Assembly (NCBI GenBank): GCA_016212705.1
Contig: JACREU010000002.1
Coordinates: 1,835-65,834, forward strand
Length of the DNA: 64,000 bases
Source: Deltaproteobacteria bacterium
Lineage (GTDB): Bacteria > Desulfobacterota > GWC2-55-46
Reading direction: 5' to 3'
Of the stretch, positions 1-9,197 are shown piece after piece. The position numbers and the translations under genes were made by a program. The notes under the pieces were generated by a model that saw nothing but the letters and a program-made list of their open reading frames with translations, made no database searches and was not told where the DNA came from. Position 1 is the first letter of the stretch. Each line of letters begins with the position of its first letter.

Positions 1-684
1 CTCCTGAATACCATCGACAAAAACATAGTCACCGTCGAGGACCCGGTAGAGTACCACCTTAAGAGGGTCAACCAGGTCCAGGTAAATGTAAAAGTCGGCA
101 TAACATTCGCCAGCGCGCTCCGCCATATACTCAGGCAGGACCCGGACATAGTGATGATAGGAGAGATACGGGACAGGGAGACGGCCGAGATAGCCATACA
201 CGCCTCCTTGACCGGGCACCTCGTCATATCAACGGTGCACACAAACGACGCCGTCGGCACAATCTCAAGGCTCATGGACATGGGCATAGAGCCTTACCTC
301 ATTTCTTCAGCCTTGACGTGCGTCGTCGGACAGAGGCTGGTCAGGAAAGTCTGCAAGTCGTGCGCCGTAGCCTACGACCCGGACCCGCGCATGCTCACCG
401 ACCTCGGCGTTAAATTCACCGGCAACATCCCGCAGTTCTACAGGGGCGCCGGATGCCCGGCCTGCAAGGACACGGGCCTCAAAGGCAGGCTCGGCATCTA
501 CGAGGTCCTGCTCCTCGACGATGAAATCAAGTCCCTCATACTCGCAAAGGCGAACAGCAACCTGATCCTCGAAGCCGCCAGGAAAAAAGGCTACAAGACG
601 CTGCGCGTCCAGGGCGTAAGAGCGGTGGCCGGAGGATATACCACGGTAGAGGAGGTGCTCCAGGCTACTCAGTCGATAGACTGA
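1..684 (+). CDS. GspE/PilB/MshE-family pilus assembly ATPase, C-terminal part (5' truncated by the window edge)
   Basis: Frame 1 is open from base 1: [11 protein letters not shown] (Asp box), [15 protein letters not shown] (Walker B), [13 protein letters not shown] (His box), and CxxC...CxxC zinc motif. Confidence 0.95.
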   Translation, partial: LLNTIDKNIVTVEDPVEYHLKRVNQVQVNVKVGITFASALRHILRQDPDIVMIGEIRDRETAEIAIHASLTGHLVISTVHTNDAVGTISRLMDMGIEPYLISSALTCVVGQRLVRKVCKSCAVAYDPDPRMLTDLGVKFTGNIPQFYRGAGCPACKDTGLKGRLGIYEVLLLDDEIKSLILAKANSNLILEAARKKGYKTLRVQGVRAVAGGYTTVEEVLQATQSID

Positions 685-772
685 GGCTTGAAGAATATTG
701 AGGGAACATTTACGAAAGAGACCCTGTCAATACTCCTTCAAACCGCAATCGATCGTCCGTAATCTGGAAAGT

Positions 773-1993
773 ATGCCTTCATTCCAGTACAGGGCAAGAG
801 ACAGGCAGGGCGTGCTTGTGGTGGGCAACATGGACGCCGCGAGCCGGACCGAGCTTGAGGCCTCGTTGGACAAGCTGGGGCTTATCCCATTAAGTGTCGC
901 CGCCGGCGGGAGGAAGGCCGCGTTGCCTCCTTTTCTTGACGCGCTTTTTAAGGAAAAGGTCAAGGAGCGCGACATCATCCTCTTTTCCAGACAGCTTGCC
1001 ACGCTCTTCGGGGCGGGCGTGCCGCTCACGAGGGCGCTCTTCACCCTCGAGCGCCAGATACAGTCAAAGGTGTTCGTCGAGGTAGTAAAGAGGATCCGGG
1101 AGGACGTCGAAGGCGGCTCGTCGTTCTCAGGCGCCATATCGAAGCACCCCAAGGTCTTCGGCGAGCTCTACGCGAACATGATAGAGGCGGGAGAGGCGGG
1201 CGGCATACTCGACAACGTGCTTGACAGGCTCGCCAACATGTCCGAGAAGAGCGCCGAGAACAAGGCGAAGGTCAAGGCCGCGACCCTCTATCCCAAGATA
1301 GTCATGGGCGCGATAGGCATCGCGATTGTGATCCTCATGAACTTCGTCATCCCCAAGTTCGCGAAGCTCTACGCGAGTTTCCAGGTAGAGTTGCCCCTGC
1401 CTACGAAGATACTCATCAAGGCCTCGAACGCCTTTACCTCTTACTGGTATCTTGCCATAGTGGTCGTCGCGGCGGCCGTCTTCGGGTGGAAGACGTATGC
1501 CGCGACAAAAGAGGGGAGGCGGACCCTGGACGCCGTCCGCCTCATGGTCCCGATATTCGGCCCGCTCCTCCTTAAATCCATGCTCTCGCGTTTTTCAAGG
1601 GTCCTCGGCGCGCTCTACAAGAGCGGGCTCCCGATACTGCAGTCTCTCGACATAGTATCGCGCGCCGTCGAGAACACGGTCCTCGCCGTCGAGATAAAGA
1701 AGATAGAGGACGAGGTGAGGGCCGGCAAGGGGCTCGCCGAGCCGATGTCAAAGGCCCCGCACTTCCCGCCCATGGTAGTGCAGATGGTGACCGTCGGCGA
1801 GGACACGGGCAATCTCGACCAGATGCTCGATAAGGTCGCCGAGTATTACGACGGCGAGGTCGACAACACCATAAGGAACCTGACCACCACGCTCGAACCA
1901 ATTCTCCTCGCCTTCATATTCGCCATAGTCCTCTTCATCGCGCTCGCGATATTCCTCCCGATGTGGGACATATTGAAGATAGTGAGGCGGTAG
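773..1993 (+). CDS. PilC/GspF/MshG inner-membrane platform protein
   Basis: MPSFQYRARD start (ATG 773), FSRQLATLFGAGVPL, GEAGGILDNVL and GEDTGNLDQML; two T2SSF repeats and three TM segments. Confidence 0.95.
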   Translation: MPSFQYRARDRQGVLVVGNMDAASRTELEASLDKLGLIPLSVAAGGRKAALPPFLDALFKEKVKERDIILFSRQLATLFGAGVPLTRALFTLERQIQSKVFVEVVKRIREDVEGGSSFSGAISKHPKVFGELYANMIEAGEAGGILDNVLDRLANMSEKSAENKAKVKAATLYPKIVMGAIGIAIVILMNFVIPKFAKLYASFQVELPLPTKILIKASNAFTSYWYLAIVVVAAAVFGWKTYAATKEGRRTLDAVRLMVPIFGPLLLKSMLSRFSRVLGALYKSGLPILQSLDIVSRAVENTVLAVEIKKIEDEVRAGKGLAEPMSKAPHFPPMVVQMVTVGEDTGNLDQMLDKVAEYYDGEVDNTIRNLTTTLEPILLAFIFAIVLFIALAIFLPMWDILKIVRR

Positions 1994-1994
1994 C

Positions 1995-2423
1995 GTGAAG
2001 AAGGCCGCGGAGGGCGCGTTGCGCTCTGAAGAAGGCCGGTCGGTAATCGAGGCGCTCCTTGTGGCCGTCCTCGTCGCCGTCTTCGTCCTCATAGCCGTTG
2101 ACAGGTACTATTCGTCGATAAGGGCCGTCAGGGAGACGGCACTGCTCGTCGAGATGTCGAACTTAAGGAGCGCCTTCAGCTATTATCTAATGTTTAACGG
2201 AAAACCGCCGATATCGTTAAAAGAGCTGGTTGACAAGGGCGTTGACGCCTCGAAACGGGGGATAGAAGGGGCCGATTACAGGATAGTCATATCCGGAAAG
2301 TACGTCGAGACGATGACCCTGGACTCTGAAGGTTTTCCCATGGACCCGTTCGGGAACAGGTATTCGTATGACGCGTCTTCGGGGATGATCAGGTCGTCGA
2401 CTCGCGGCTACGAGAGATGGTGA
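1995..2423 (+). CDS. MshF-like pilin-like protein
   Basis: Class III-like leader EEG|RSVIE followed by a hydrophobic helix; DPFGNRYSY motif; lies between the platform gene and the major pilin, as mshF does. Confidence 0.7.
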   Translation: MKKAAEGALRSEEGRSVIEALLVAVLVAVFVLIAVDRYYSSIRAVRETALLVEMSNLRSAFSYYLMFNGKPPISLKELVDKGVDASKRGIEGADYRIVISGKYVETMTLDSEGFPMDPFGNRYSYDASSGMIRSSTRGYERW

Positions 2424-2452
2424 GGCGTTTTTCACAAGGTAAAACAAATATA

Positions 2453-2481
2453 TTGACCGTTTTTTGGGGCTGTGTTATAGC
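2453..2481 (+). promoter_or_regulatory. Probable sigma70 promoter of the major pilin gene
   Basis: TTGACC (2453-2458), 17 bp, TATAGC (2476-2481) with TG at the extended -10 position; GGAGG RBS before ATG 2520. Confidence 0.55.
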
Positions 2482-2519
2482 TAATATCGAGCATATTCAA
2501 TAATCAAAAGGAGGCAGGG

Positions 2520-2927
2520 ATGAGAGGGAATAAGGGTTTTACGCTTATAGAGCTTGTTATGGTCATCGTCATTCTCGCGATACTCGCGGCAGTGGCTATT
2601 CCGAGGTTCGTGGACTTGCAGTCCGACGCGAGGCTCTCTACCGCCAAGGGCATAGGCGGGGCGATATCAGGGGCAACGAACATACTGCACTCGCAGTTCC
2701 TGGTGCGGGGCACGGCGTACCAGCTCGGCACCACAGCGGGTTTTGCAAGCACGACCGCCGTTCTTTATGACGCCAACATAGCCGGAGCTACCGTCACCGC
2801 CGCCGACAACGTCACCATGGCCGGCAACGCCGTCCTCATCACGATCGACATCGGCGGAAACCCTTACACCATGACCTTCACAGGCGGCAACACGACCCTC
2901 TCCCCGAGGGTACAGTACAATTTCTAA
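2520..2927 (+). CDS. mshA: MshA-like major type IV pilin
   Basis: KG|FTLIELVMVIVILAILAAVAIPRFVDLQSDAR is the MshA-type N-terminus; it has its own promoter, RBS and terminator, as expected of a major pilin. Confidence 0.85.
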   Translation: MRGNKGFTLIELVMVIVILAILAAVAIPRFVDLQSDARLSTAKGIGGAISGATNILHSQFLVRGTAYQLGTTAGFASTTAVLYDANIAGATVTAADNVTMAGNAVLITIDIGGNPYTMTFTGGNTTLSPRVQYNF

Positions 2928-2951
2928 CCTCATCTGAGACGCATTTAAAAC

Positions 2952-3000
2952 GGACCCGTTATCGCCCTCTTAAGGAGAGTGGTAACGGGTCCTTCACTTT
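2952..3000 (+). terminator. Intrinsic terminator after the major pilin
   Basis: GGACCCGTTA...TAACGGGTCC perfect 10-bp stem (2952-2992), extendable by G-U pairs, followed by TTCACTTT. Confidence 0.75.
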
Positions 3001-3050
3001 AGGAAGGTAAAATCGACGCCGCGAATGTCAGCGCGGCGTCCGGTCCCTTA

Positions 3051-5441
3051 ATGTTTTTTTTTGCCGCCATATACCTTGCCGCGCTCGCGTCATTATACTT
3101 CTCTCAGGCGCTCGGCGGCGCGTTTCTCCTCACGGAAAGGGACTTAGGCGTCTATTTCCTGCCTCCGAGGCATCTCTGGGTCGAGATACTAAAGAACGGT
3201 GAATTCCCGCTCTGGAACCCGTATTCGTACAGCGGCCACCCGCTCCTTGCGACGCTCCAGCCGGGCATATTCTATCCCGTAAATATAATACTGCTCATAT
3301 TCCCGTTCGACCTCGCGTTCAACTTATCCATTGTAGTCCACTTTTTTCTCGCCGGGATATTCACTTACGCGCTCGTCCGGGAGCTTGGCGGCGGAAAGTG
3401 GGGCTCTCTCGCCTCGGCGGTCGCGTTCATGCTCGGAGGGTATCTCTTTTCCGCGCACAACGTGATGTCCACGCTTTTTTCCGCCGCGTGGACGCCGCTT
3501 GCGGTATTCCTCTTCTTAAGGGCCTTGCGGCGCGCCTCGTTTGGCTACGCCGTTTTCACCGGCATAGTTATGACGGTTATGTTCACCGGCGGCGGGATTG
3601 AAGTCTTCCTCGGCACTTTCGGGCTCTTGTCCGTACTCGCTTTTTTCCCGGGCATCTTTGATTTTGACGGCGCCGCGGCGAGGGCGAGTCTTGTCAAAAG
3701 GGCGGCCCTGCTTATTACAACAGCCGCTGTCTTCGTATCATTAGGGGCTGTGCAGTTATTCCCATTCATCGAGCTGGCGCGCCATTCGACGAGGGCAGGG
3801 GGGCTCTCCTTCTTTGAGGCGACGACGTGGTCGCTGGATGTCAAGGACTTCATCCAGTTCCTCATCCCAGACCCGTTCGGGTACGGCGTGAACGAGGATA
3901 AATACTGGGCCAACCAGAGCTGGCTTAAGACCATATACACCGGGGCAGTGCCTTTCGTGCTTTCCATATTCTTTTTCATGAAGGCAAGGAGAAGGGCCGT
4001 GCCTTTCGTGCTTCTCGCCCTCGTTTTCTTGAGCCTCTCGATGGGCCGCAACTTCCTATTTTACCAGTACCTCCACGCATGGTCGCCTTTTTTTGACAAA
4101 TTCAGGTATCCGGTAAAGTTCCTCTTCGCGCCGTTCCTCTTTATCTCCATCGCCGCGGGGCTTGGCTGTGATGCGCTCGTCGAGGCCGCCGGAAAACAGC
4201 GGAAGTCCGCGTTGAAAGTCATTTTTTTGCTCCTTGCGGCCGCCACACTCTCTGCCGCCGCATTCGGGTACCTGAGCTTCTCAGGCCAGGCGGTCAAGGC
4301 GTTCCTTGTGGATAGGGGAATAGACTATCCCGAGTACAACAGGGCTGAAATAAATATTTTCAACACCAAGCGGCTCCTCGCCTTCTTCATTGTATTCTCT
4401 ATCGGCCTGTACTTCGCGTACAGGTCAAAGGCCCTGCGGCTCCTCCCCTGGTTCGTCGTCGCAATGCTGTCAATAGACCTCTTTTTCGCGCACGAGGGCT
4501 ACTACTTCTCGACAAAGAGTACGGCCTATTACGACAAGGGCAATGTGATGGGTTTCATGACCGGGCGGATGGCGGCGGAGGACAACGGGCTCTTCCGGGT
4601 ATTCGTCACGCCGAAGACGATGGACGTGAACGTCGAGGTGAAGGACGCGGGAAAATTCGACAGCGACGTCTTAAGGAAAATGGACCTCCACAAGGAGCGG
4701 CTGACCGGCTACAACCTCCTCTTCCGCGTATTCGACATAAACGGCGTCGAGGTGATGAAACGCGGGGACTATGCGAGCCTCTACGACATCATGTCCAGGC
4801 GGTCTTCGATAGACGAGACCAATATACCCTCTTTGCTGAACGTAAGATACGTGGTATCTATACCTGAGATAAGGTCAAAGCGATACAGGCTCGTAAAGGT
4901 CGTAGGCGCGCTTCCAGGCGCGACGGGCTTGGAGGCTGAGAGGGCCTTGAAGATTTATGAGAACCTCGACTTCGTGCCGCGCTTCAGTCTGGCCGCTGAT
5001 TACAGGGTGATTACGAAGTCCGACGAGTTCGCCGCAACAATCTCCGGCAGAGGCTTCGACCCTAAAAAAACAGTCCTGCTTGAAGAAGAACCGTGGCCGG
5101 GCGGACAGGCCGAGGCACGCCCCATGCGGAACTGCAAAGTCGAAGTCGTAAGTTATAAGATGAACTCAATGGAGCTCCATACCGACTGCCCTGCGAGGTC
5201 CGTGCTTGTTGCTTCAGAGTCCTGGTATCCCGGCTGGAAGGCATTTGTAGACGGGAAGGAAGAGAGGATTTTAAAGGCCGACTACGTGCTCCGGGCCGTG
5301 CCGCTTGAGGGCGGAGCGCATGTCGTAAGGTTCGAGTACCGCCCAATGAGCTTTTACGCGGGCGCGTGGGTGAGCGTTGCCGCCGCCATGTCGCTCGTTG
5401 TATTCGGGATATTCCATTTTGCAAGGAAGAAAAGGGACTGA
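3051..5441 (+). CDS. YfhO-family multi-pass membrane protein (GT-C glycosyltransferase)
   Basis: GEFPLWNPYSYSGHPLLA, many TM helices, LLNVRYVV, and C-terminal SESWYPGWKAFVDGK...LRAVPLEGGAHVVRFEYRP plus a final TM. Confidence 0.85.
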   Translation: MFFFAAIYLAALASLYFSQALGGAFLLTERDLGVYFLPPRHLWVEILKNGEFPLWNPYSYSGHPLLATLQPGIFYPVNIILLIFPFDLAFNLSIVVHFFLAGIFTYALVRELGGGKWGSLASAVAFMLGGYLFSAHNVMSTLFSAAWTPLAVFLFLRALRRASFGYAVFTGIVMTVMFTGGGIEVFLGTFGLLSVLAFFPGIFDFDGAAARASLVKRAALLITTAAVFVSLGAVQLFPFIELARHSTRAGGLSFFEATTWSLDVKDFIQFLIPDPFGYGVNEDKYWANQSWLKTIYTGAVPFVLSIFFFMKARRRAVPFVLLALVFLSLSMGRNFLFYQYLHAWSPFFDKFRYPVKFLFAPFLFISIAAGLGCDALVEAAGKQRKSALKVIFLLLAAATLSAAAFGYLSFSGQAVKAFLVDRGIDYPEYNRAEINIFNTKRLLAFFIVFSIGLYFAYRSKALRLLPWFVVAMLSIDLFFAHEGYYFSTKSTAYYDKGNVMGFMTGRMAAEDNGLFRVFVTPKTMDVNVEVKDAGKFDSDVLRKMDLHKERLTGYNLLFRVFDINGVEVMKRGDYASLYDIMSRRSSIDETNIPSLLNVRYVVSIPEIRSKRYRLVKVVGALPGATGLEAERALKIYENLDFVPRFSLAADYRVITKSDEFAATISGRGFDPKKTVLLEEEPWPGGQAEARPMRNCKVEVVSYKMNSMELHTDCPARSVLVASESWYPGWKAFVDGKEERILKADYVLRAVPLEGGAHVVRFEYRPMSFYAGAWVSVAAAMSLVVFGIFHFARKKRD

Positions 5442-7483
5442 TGACTGACAAGAGGCCGGGACTTAATCTCTTCATCATAAGCTTTTTGACGCTCTTCGGC
5501 GAGATGATGTTCATAAGGTACGTCTCCTCGAACATATACCTGCTGTCATACTACAAGAACGCGATTTTGATCGCCATATTCCTCGGGATCGGCATTGGTT
5601 TTCTCACGTCGAGGTCGAAGAGGAATTACATCGAGTTCATCCCCATAGCCTCGCTCGTACTTGTCACCATCATCATCTATTTTAACGACTACCTCCGCAT
5701 AGACCTCGACCACTCGCTCAAGGACGAGTCTATCTGGCCGGAGTTCTGGGCGAACACCAGGGCGCAGTCCGTCCCGATACTGGGCGTCCTCGTGTTCTTC
5801 TACGTCGCAATAGCGCTCTACTTCATCCCGCTCGGGCAGGAGACGATACGGGCCATGTCGGCGTTCAGGCCTTTGCGCGCCTATTCCATAAACGTAGCCG
5901 GGGCGCTCGCCGGCATTGTCCTCTTCGCCATCGCGGGGTGGCTCTGGACGACGCCTCTCGTCTGGTTCGCCGTCTTCCTCGTGCCGACGCTCTGGCTCAG
6001 CCGAAAGTATTCGAACAGAGTGGTCTTTTATCTCAACGCCGCCTCTATTATCATAACCCTCTTCCTCGTCTTTTCGGCCCACTTCGGCGCCGAGGTATGG
6101 TCCCCGTACAGCAGGATCAGGGTCTATCCGTTCTCGGCGCAACCGGGCTCCGGCTTCATCTCTACGACGAACGGAAACCCGCAGGTCGGCTCCATGAACT
6201 TCGATCTCGTTTACAAAGGCCCGGAGGCGGCCCTCAACAAGGAGTCCCGCCGCATCTACGAAATACCATATGACCTCGGCGCTCCAAAGACCGTCATGGT
6301 AGTCGGCGCGGGGGCGGGCAACGAGACGGCGATGGCGCTCCGGCAGGGCGCCTCCTACATAGACGCCGTCGAGATAGACCCTGTATTCATCACGCTCGGC
6401 TCTCATTTGTCCCCGCACAGGCCGTTTTTGGACGAAAGGGTCTCTGTCCACGTGGACGACGCGAGGGCCTTCTTCCACAAGACTAAGAAAAAATACGACC
6501 TTGTCGTCATAGGCTTCCTCGACTCCCAGTACCATCTCACGCACATGTCGAACATAAGGACCGAAAACTTCGTCTACACCTACGAGAGCCTCAAACAGAC
6601 GAAAGAGCTCCTGACCGGCGACGGCGTCCTCCAGCTCAACTACAACGCGCCCAGGCCTGACATGCGCGCGAAGCTCTATGAGATATTAAAAGACGTATAC
6701 GGCGCAGACCTCGTCGTATACGCGCCGATCGGCCCGGTCTCCGGCAACATCTCCTACGTCGCTGGCCCCGGCGTGAGGGGCAAAAAGAAGGCGATCGAGG
6801 GGCTCCAGGAGATATCTTTCGGTACAATAGGGGCCCTGACGCTCCCCACCGACGACTGGCCGTTCCTCTATCTCGACGGGAAGAAGATACCGAGGGAGTA
6901 CTGGTCGATGCTCCTCCTGGTGCCCGTCATCTCTTTCGCGCTCATAAGGGTCGTAGCAGGGCGTCATGGGGCCTTCAGCCTCAAATTCTTCATGCTCGGG
7001 CTCGGGTTCATGCTCCTTGAGACAAAATCAATAACATCATTCGCGCTCCTTTTCGGCTCGACGGTGACGGTCGTCTCCATAGTCATCGCGGCGATACTCT
7101 CATCCGTCCTCCTCGCCAACTTCATAATACACAGGTGGTACATGGAGTCCGTCATTGTCCCGTACCTGCTTATTTTCGCATCGCTCGCCGTCCTTTACTT
7201 CCTGCCCTTGAGTCTGTTTATCGGGCTCAACTGGACTGCAAAGCTCGCCGTATCGCTCCTCCTCATTTCGGCCCCGATATTCTTCGCGTCGTTCGTCTTC
7301 GGCATATCCTTCGCCGGCTCGGAGAGGATGGACGTCGACATGGGCTCGAATATCTTCGGCGCGGTCGTCGGCGGTATGTCCGAGTACCTTTCGATGGCGA
7401 TGGGCTTCAACGGGCTCTACGTCGTCAGCCTCGTAGCGTACGCGATCGCCTTTATAATAGACATTAAGGGGAGGAAGGCTTGA
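5441..7483 (+). CDS. Membrane-fused spermidine-synthase-like class I SAM-dependent transferase
   Basis: ATG overlaps the upstream TGA. N-terminal TM bundle, WSPYSRI, VMVVGAGAGNE, AVEIDP, VDDARAF, PTDDWPFLYL, then a C-terminal TM bundle. Confidence 0.8.
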   Translation: MTDKRPGLNLFIISFLTLFGEMMFIRYVSSNIYLLSYYKNAILIAIFLGIGIGFLTSRSKRNYIEFIPIASLVLVTIIIYFNDYLRIDLDHSLKDESIWPEFWANTRAQSVPILGVLVFFYVAIALYFIPLGQETIRAMSAFRPLRAYSINVAGALAGIVLFAIAGWLWTTPLVWFAVFLVPTLWLSRKYSNRVVFYLNAASIIITLFLVFSAHFGAEVWSPYSRIRVYPFSAQPGSGFISTTNGNPQVGSMNFDLVYKGPEAALNKESRRIYEIPYDLGAPKTVMVVGAGAGNETAMALRQGASYIDAVEIDPVFITLGSHLSPHRPFLDERVSVHVDDARAFFHKTKKKYDLVVIGFLDSQYHLTHMSNIRTENFVYTYESLKQTKELLTGDGVLQLNYNAPRPDMRAKLYEILKDVYGADLVVYAPIGPVSGNISYVAGPGVRGKKKAIEGLQEISFGTIGALTLPTDDWPFLYLDGKKIPREYWSMLLLVPVISFALIRVVAGRHGAFSLKFFMLGLGFMLLETKSITSFALLFGSTVTVVSIVIAAILSSVLLANFIIHRWYMESVIVPYLLIFASLAVLYFLPLSLFIGLNWTAKLAVSLLLISAPIFFASFVFGISFAGSERMDVDMGSNIFGAVVGGMSEYLSMAMGFNGLYVVSLVAYAIAFIIDIKGRKA

Positions 7484-9165
7484 GAGGGGGGGGGGCCTCA
7501 AAAGCAGGCGTTATCTCCGGAGCCATAGCCGCGTGCATCCTCGTCGTATTCATCGCAACCGCTTCATCCGTCGCGCTTAAAAAAAACAACACATGGGACG
7601 AGTCCGCGCACATACTCTCGGGTTACGCCTATGTAAAAAACGGGATGGACTGGCTCTCGCCGCTTAACCACCCGGTCCTGGGCAGAGCCATATCAGGCGC
7701 GCTCCCGGCCGCGTTTCTCGACCTCGACTTTGACGAGAAGGTCCGTCCGGAGGGCGCGCCCGACTCAAACTTCTTCCCGTATTCGCTTAAGTTCCTCTAC
7801 GAGAACAGCGTCGACGGCGGCACAATCCTTTTCTGGAGCAGGCTTGGCAATATAACCCTCGCCGCACTACTCGGTATATTCGTCTTTGTCTGGTCGCGGG
7901 AGCTCTGGGGGGGAAAGGGCGCGCTCCTATCTCTCTTTCTCTATGCGCTCTGTCCCAATATTATCGCGAATGCCTCCATCGCCACGACAGACCTCCCTAT
8001 TACCGCCTTTTTCTTTATATCGCTCTACTTCCTCTATCGCCTTGACGCGAAGGGGGTTACGGCATGGAGGGCCACAGCCGCGGCAGTAGCGATAGCCTTC
8101 GCGCTCGCCTCGAAGCATACGGCATTACTCCTTTCCCCTATTGTCCTTGCGTCCTTCGGAATCGCATTAAGGCGGGAGGGCAAAAAGGCCCTGCCGTATT
8201 ACGCGTTACTGGTCATTACCGTCTATCTCTGCCTCTGGGCCTTGTACGGTTTCAGGTTCCGGTCCGGGAGCCCCAACTACGAGCCGCTCAATTGGTCCGC
8301 TTTCCAATCATCTTCACTGACGCCTGCCTTTGACTTTGCGAGGTCCTGGCGGCTCCTCCCGGAGGCGTACCTTTACAGTGTCGCCGGGGTCGTCATGGGG
8401 GCGTCCACCGGCAAGGCGGCCTTTCTCATGGGAGGGTATACGAGCACGGGCTGGTGGTATTACTTTATCGTCGCGTTCCTCATAAAGACGCCTATCCCGG
8501 CGCTGATACTCCTCGTCGCCTCCGTCCTCTACCTTTTCGCGGTCCGTGAAATCAGAAAGTGCCTGTGGCTCGTCATTCCGGCGCTTATCGTTTTTACGGC
8601 GATGTCCCTTCAAAAGGTCAACATCGGCATCCGCCATATACTCCCGGTCTATCCGTTCATATTCACGCTCATCGGTTTCGTCCCGCTAATAAATACAAAG
8701 AGCGCGAGGGTTGCCAGACTCGTCTTCGCCCTATTGATAGCCTGGTACGCCTTTTCGGCGGTTTCGATTTATCCGCACCAGCTCGCTTATTTTAACGAGT
8801 TCATCGGAGGCCCTCAAAACGGCTACAAATATCTTGTGGATTCCAACCTCGACTGGGGGCAGGACCTTAAGGGTCTCAAGGATTACATGGATAAAAACCA
8901 TATCGACAGGATAAAGCTTGCGTACTTCGGCCTCTCTGACCCGAGGTATTTCGGCATAGACTATGAGTACCTCCCGAGCTACGCGATACTCGCGCCCGTG
9001 AACGTAAAAGACGCGGTCGCTCTCAAGGGCTCTTTCGCGATAAGCGCTACCATGCTCCAGGGCGTCTACCTCGCTGACAGGGACTATTACAGGGTCTTTA
9101 GGGATATGAAACCCTCCGGGAACGTCGGATACTCCATATTCATCTATGACCTCGATAACGATTGA
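7480..9165 (+). CDS. ArnT/PMT-like lipid-carrier-dependent glycosyltransferase (GT-C)
   Basis: TTG start with GGGGAGG RBS; TWDESAH acidic motif after TM1, NHPVLG, GIRHILPVYPF, LAYFNEFIGG and DSNLDWGQDL. Confidence 0.85.
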   Translation: MRGGGASKAGVISGAIAACILVVFIATASSVALKKNNTWDESAHILSGYAYVKNGMDWLSPLNHPVLGRAISGALPAAFLDLDFDEKVRPEGAPDSNFFPYSLKFLYENSVDGGTILFWSRLGNITLAALLGIFVFVWSRELWGGKGALLSLFLYALCPNIIANASIATTDLPITAFFFISLYFLYRLDAKGVTAWRATAAAVAIAFALASKHTALLLSPIVLASFGIALRREGKKALPYYALLVITVYLCLWALYGFRFRSGSPNYEPLNWSAFQSSSLTPAFDFARSWRLLPEAYLYSVAGVVMGASTGKAAFLMGGYTSTGWWYYFIVAFLIKTPIPALILLVASVLYLFAVREIRKCLWLVIPALIVFTAMSLQKVNIGIRHILPVYPFIFTLIGFVPLINTKSARVARLVFALLIAWYAFSAVSIYPHQLAYFNEFIGGPQNGYKYLVDSNLDWGQDLKGLKDYMDKNHIDRIKLAYFGLSDPRYFGIDYEYLPSYAILAPVNVKDAVALKGSFAISATMLQGVYLADRDYYRVFRDMKPSGNVGYSIFIYDLDND

Positions 9166-9190
9166 ATGTTCACTCCCAAAATACTATAAT
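9162..9190 (+). promoter_or_regulatory. Internal sigma70 promoter for the minor-pilin genes
   Basis: TTGAAT (9162-9167), exactly 17 bp, TATAAT (9185-9190). Confidence 0.7.
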
Positions 9191-9197
9191 GCCGTCC

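Noticed and set aside
2520-2927. Major pilin as an electrically conductive e-pilin
   Set aside because: About 10 F/Y in 129 mature residues (about 8%, hand count), with a long aromatic-poor stretch after F24; MshA-like rather than the short Geobacter type.
5546-6544. Long antisense ORFs (also 16706-17617, 22699-23703, 28180-29106, 34361-35581, 45880-46884)
   Set aside because: They shadow well-supported genes on the other strand, carry no recognisable motifs, and are expected from GC-rich codon usage.
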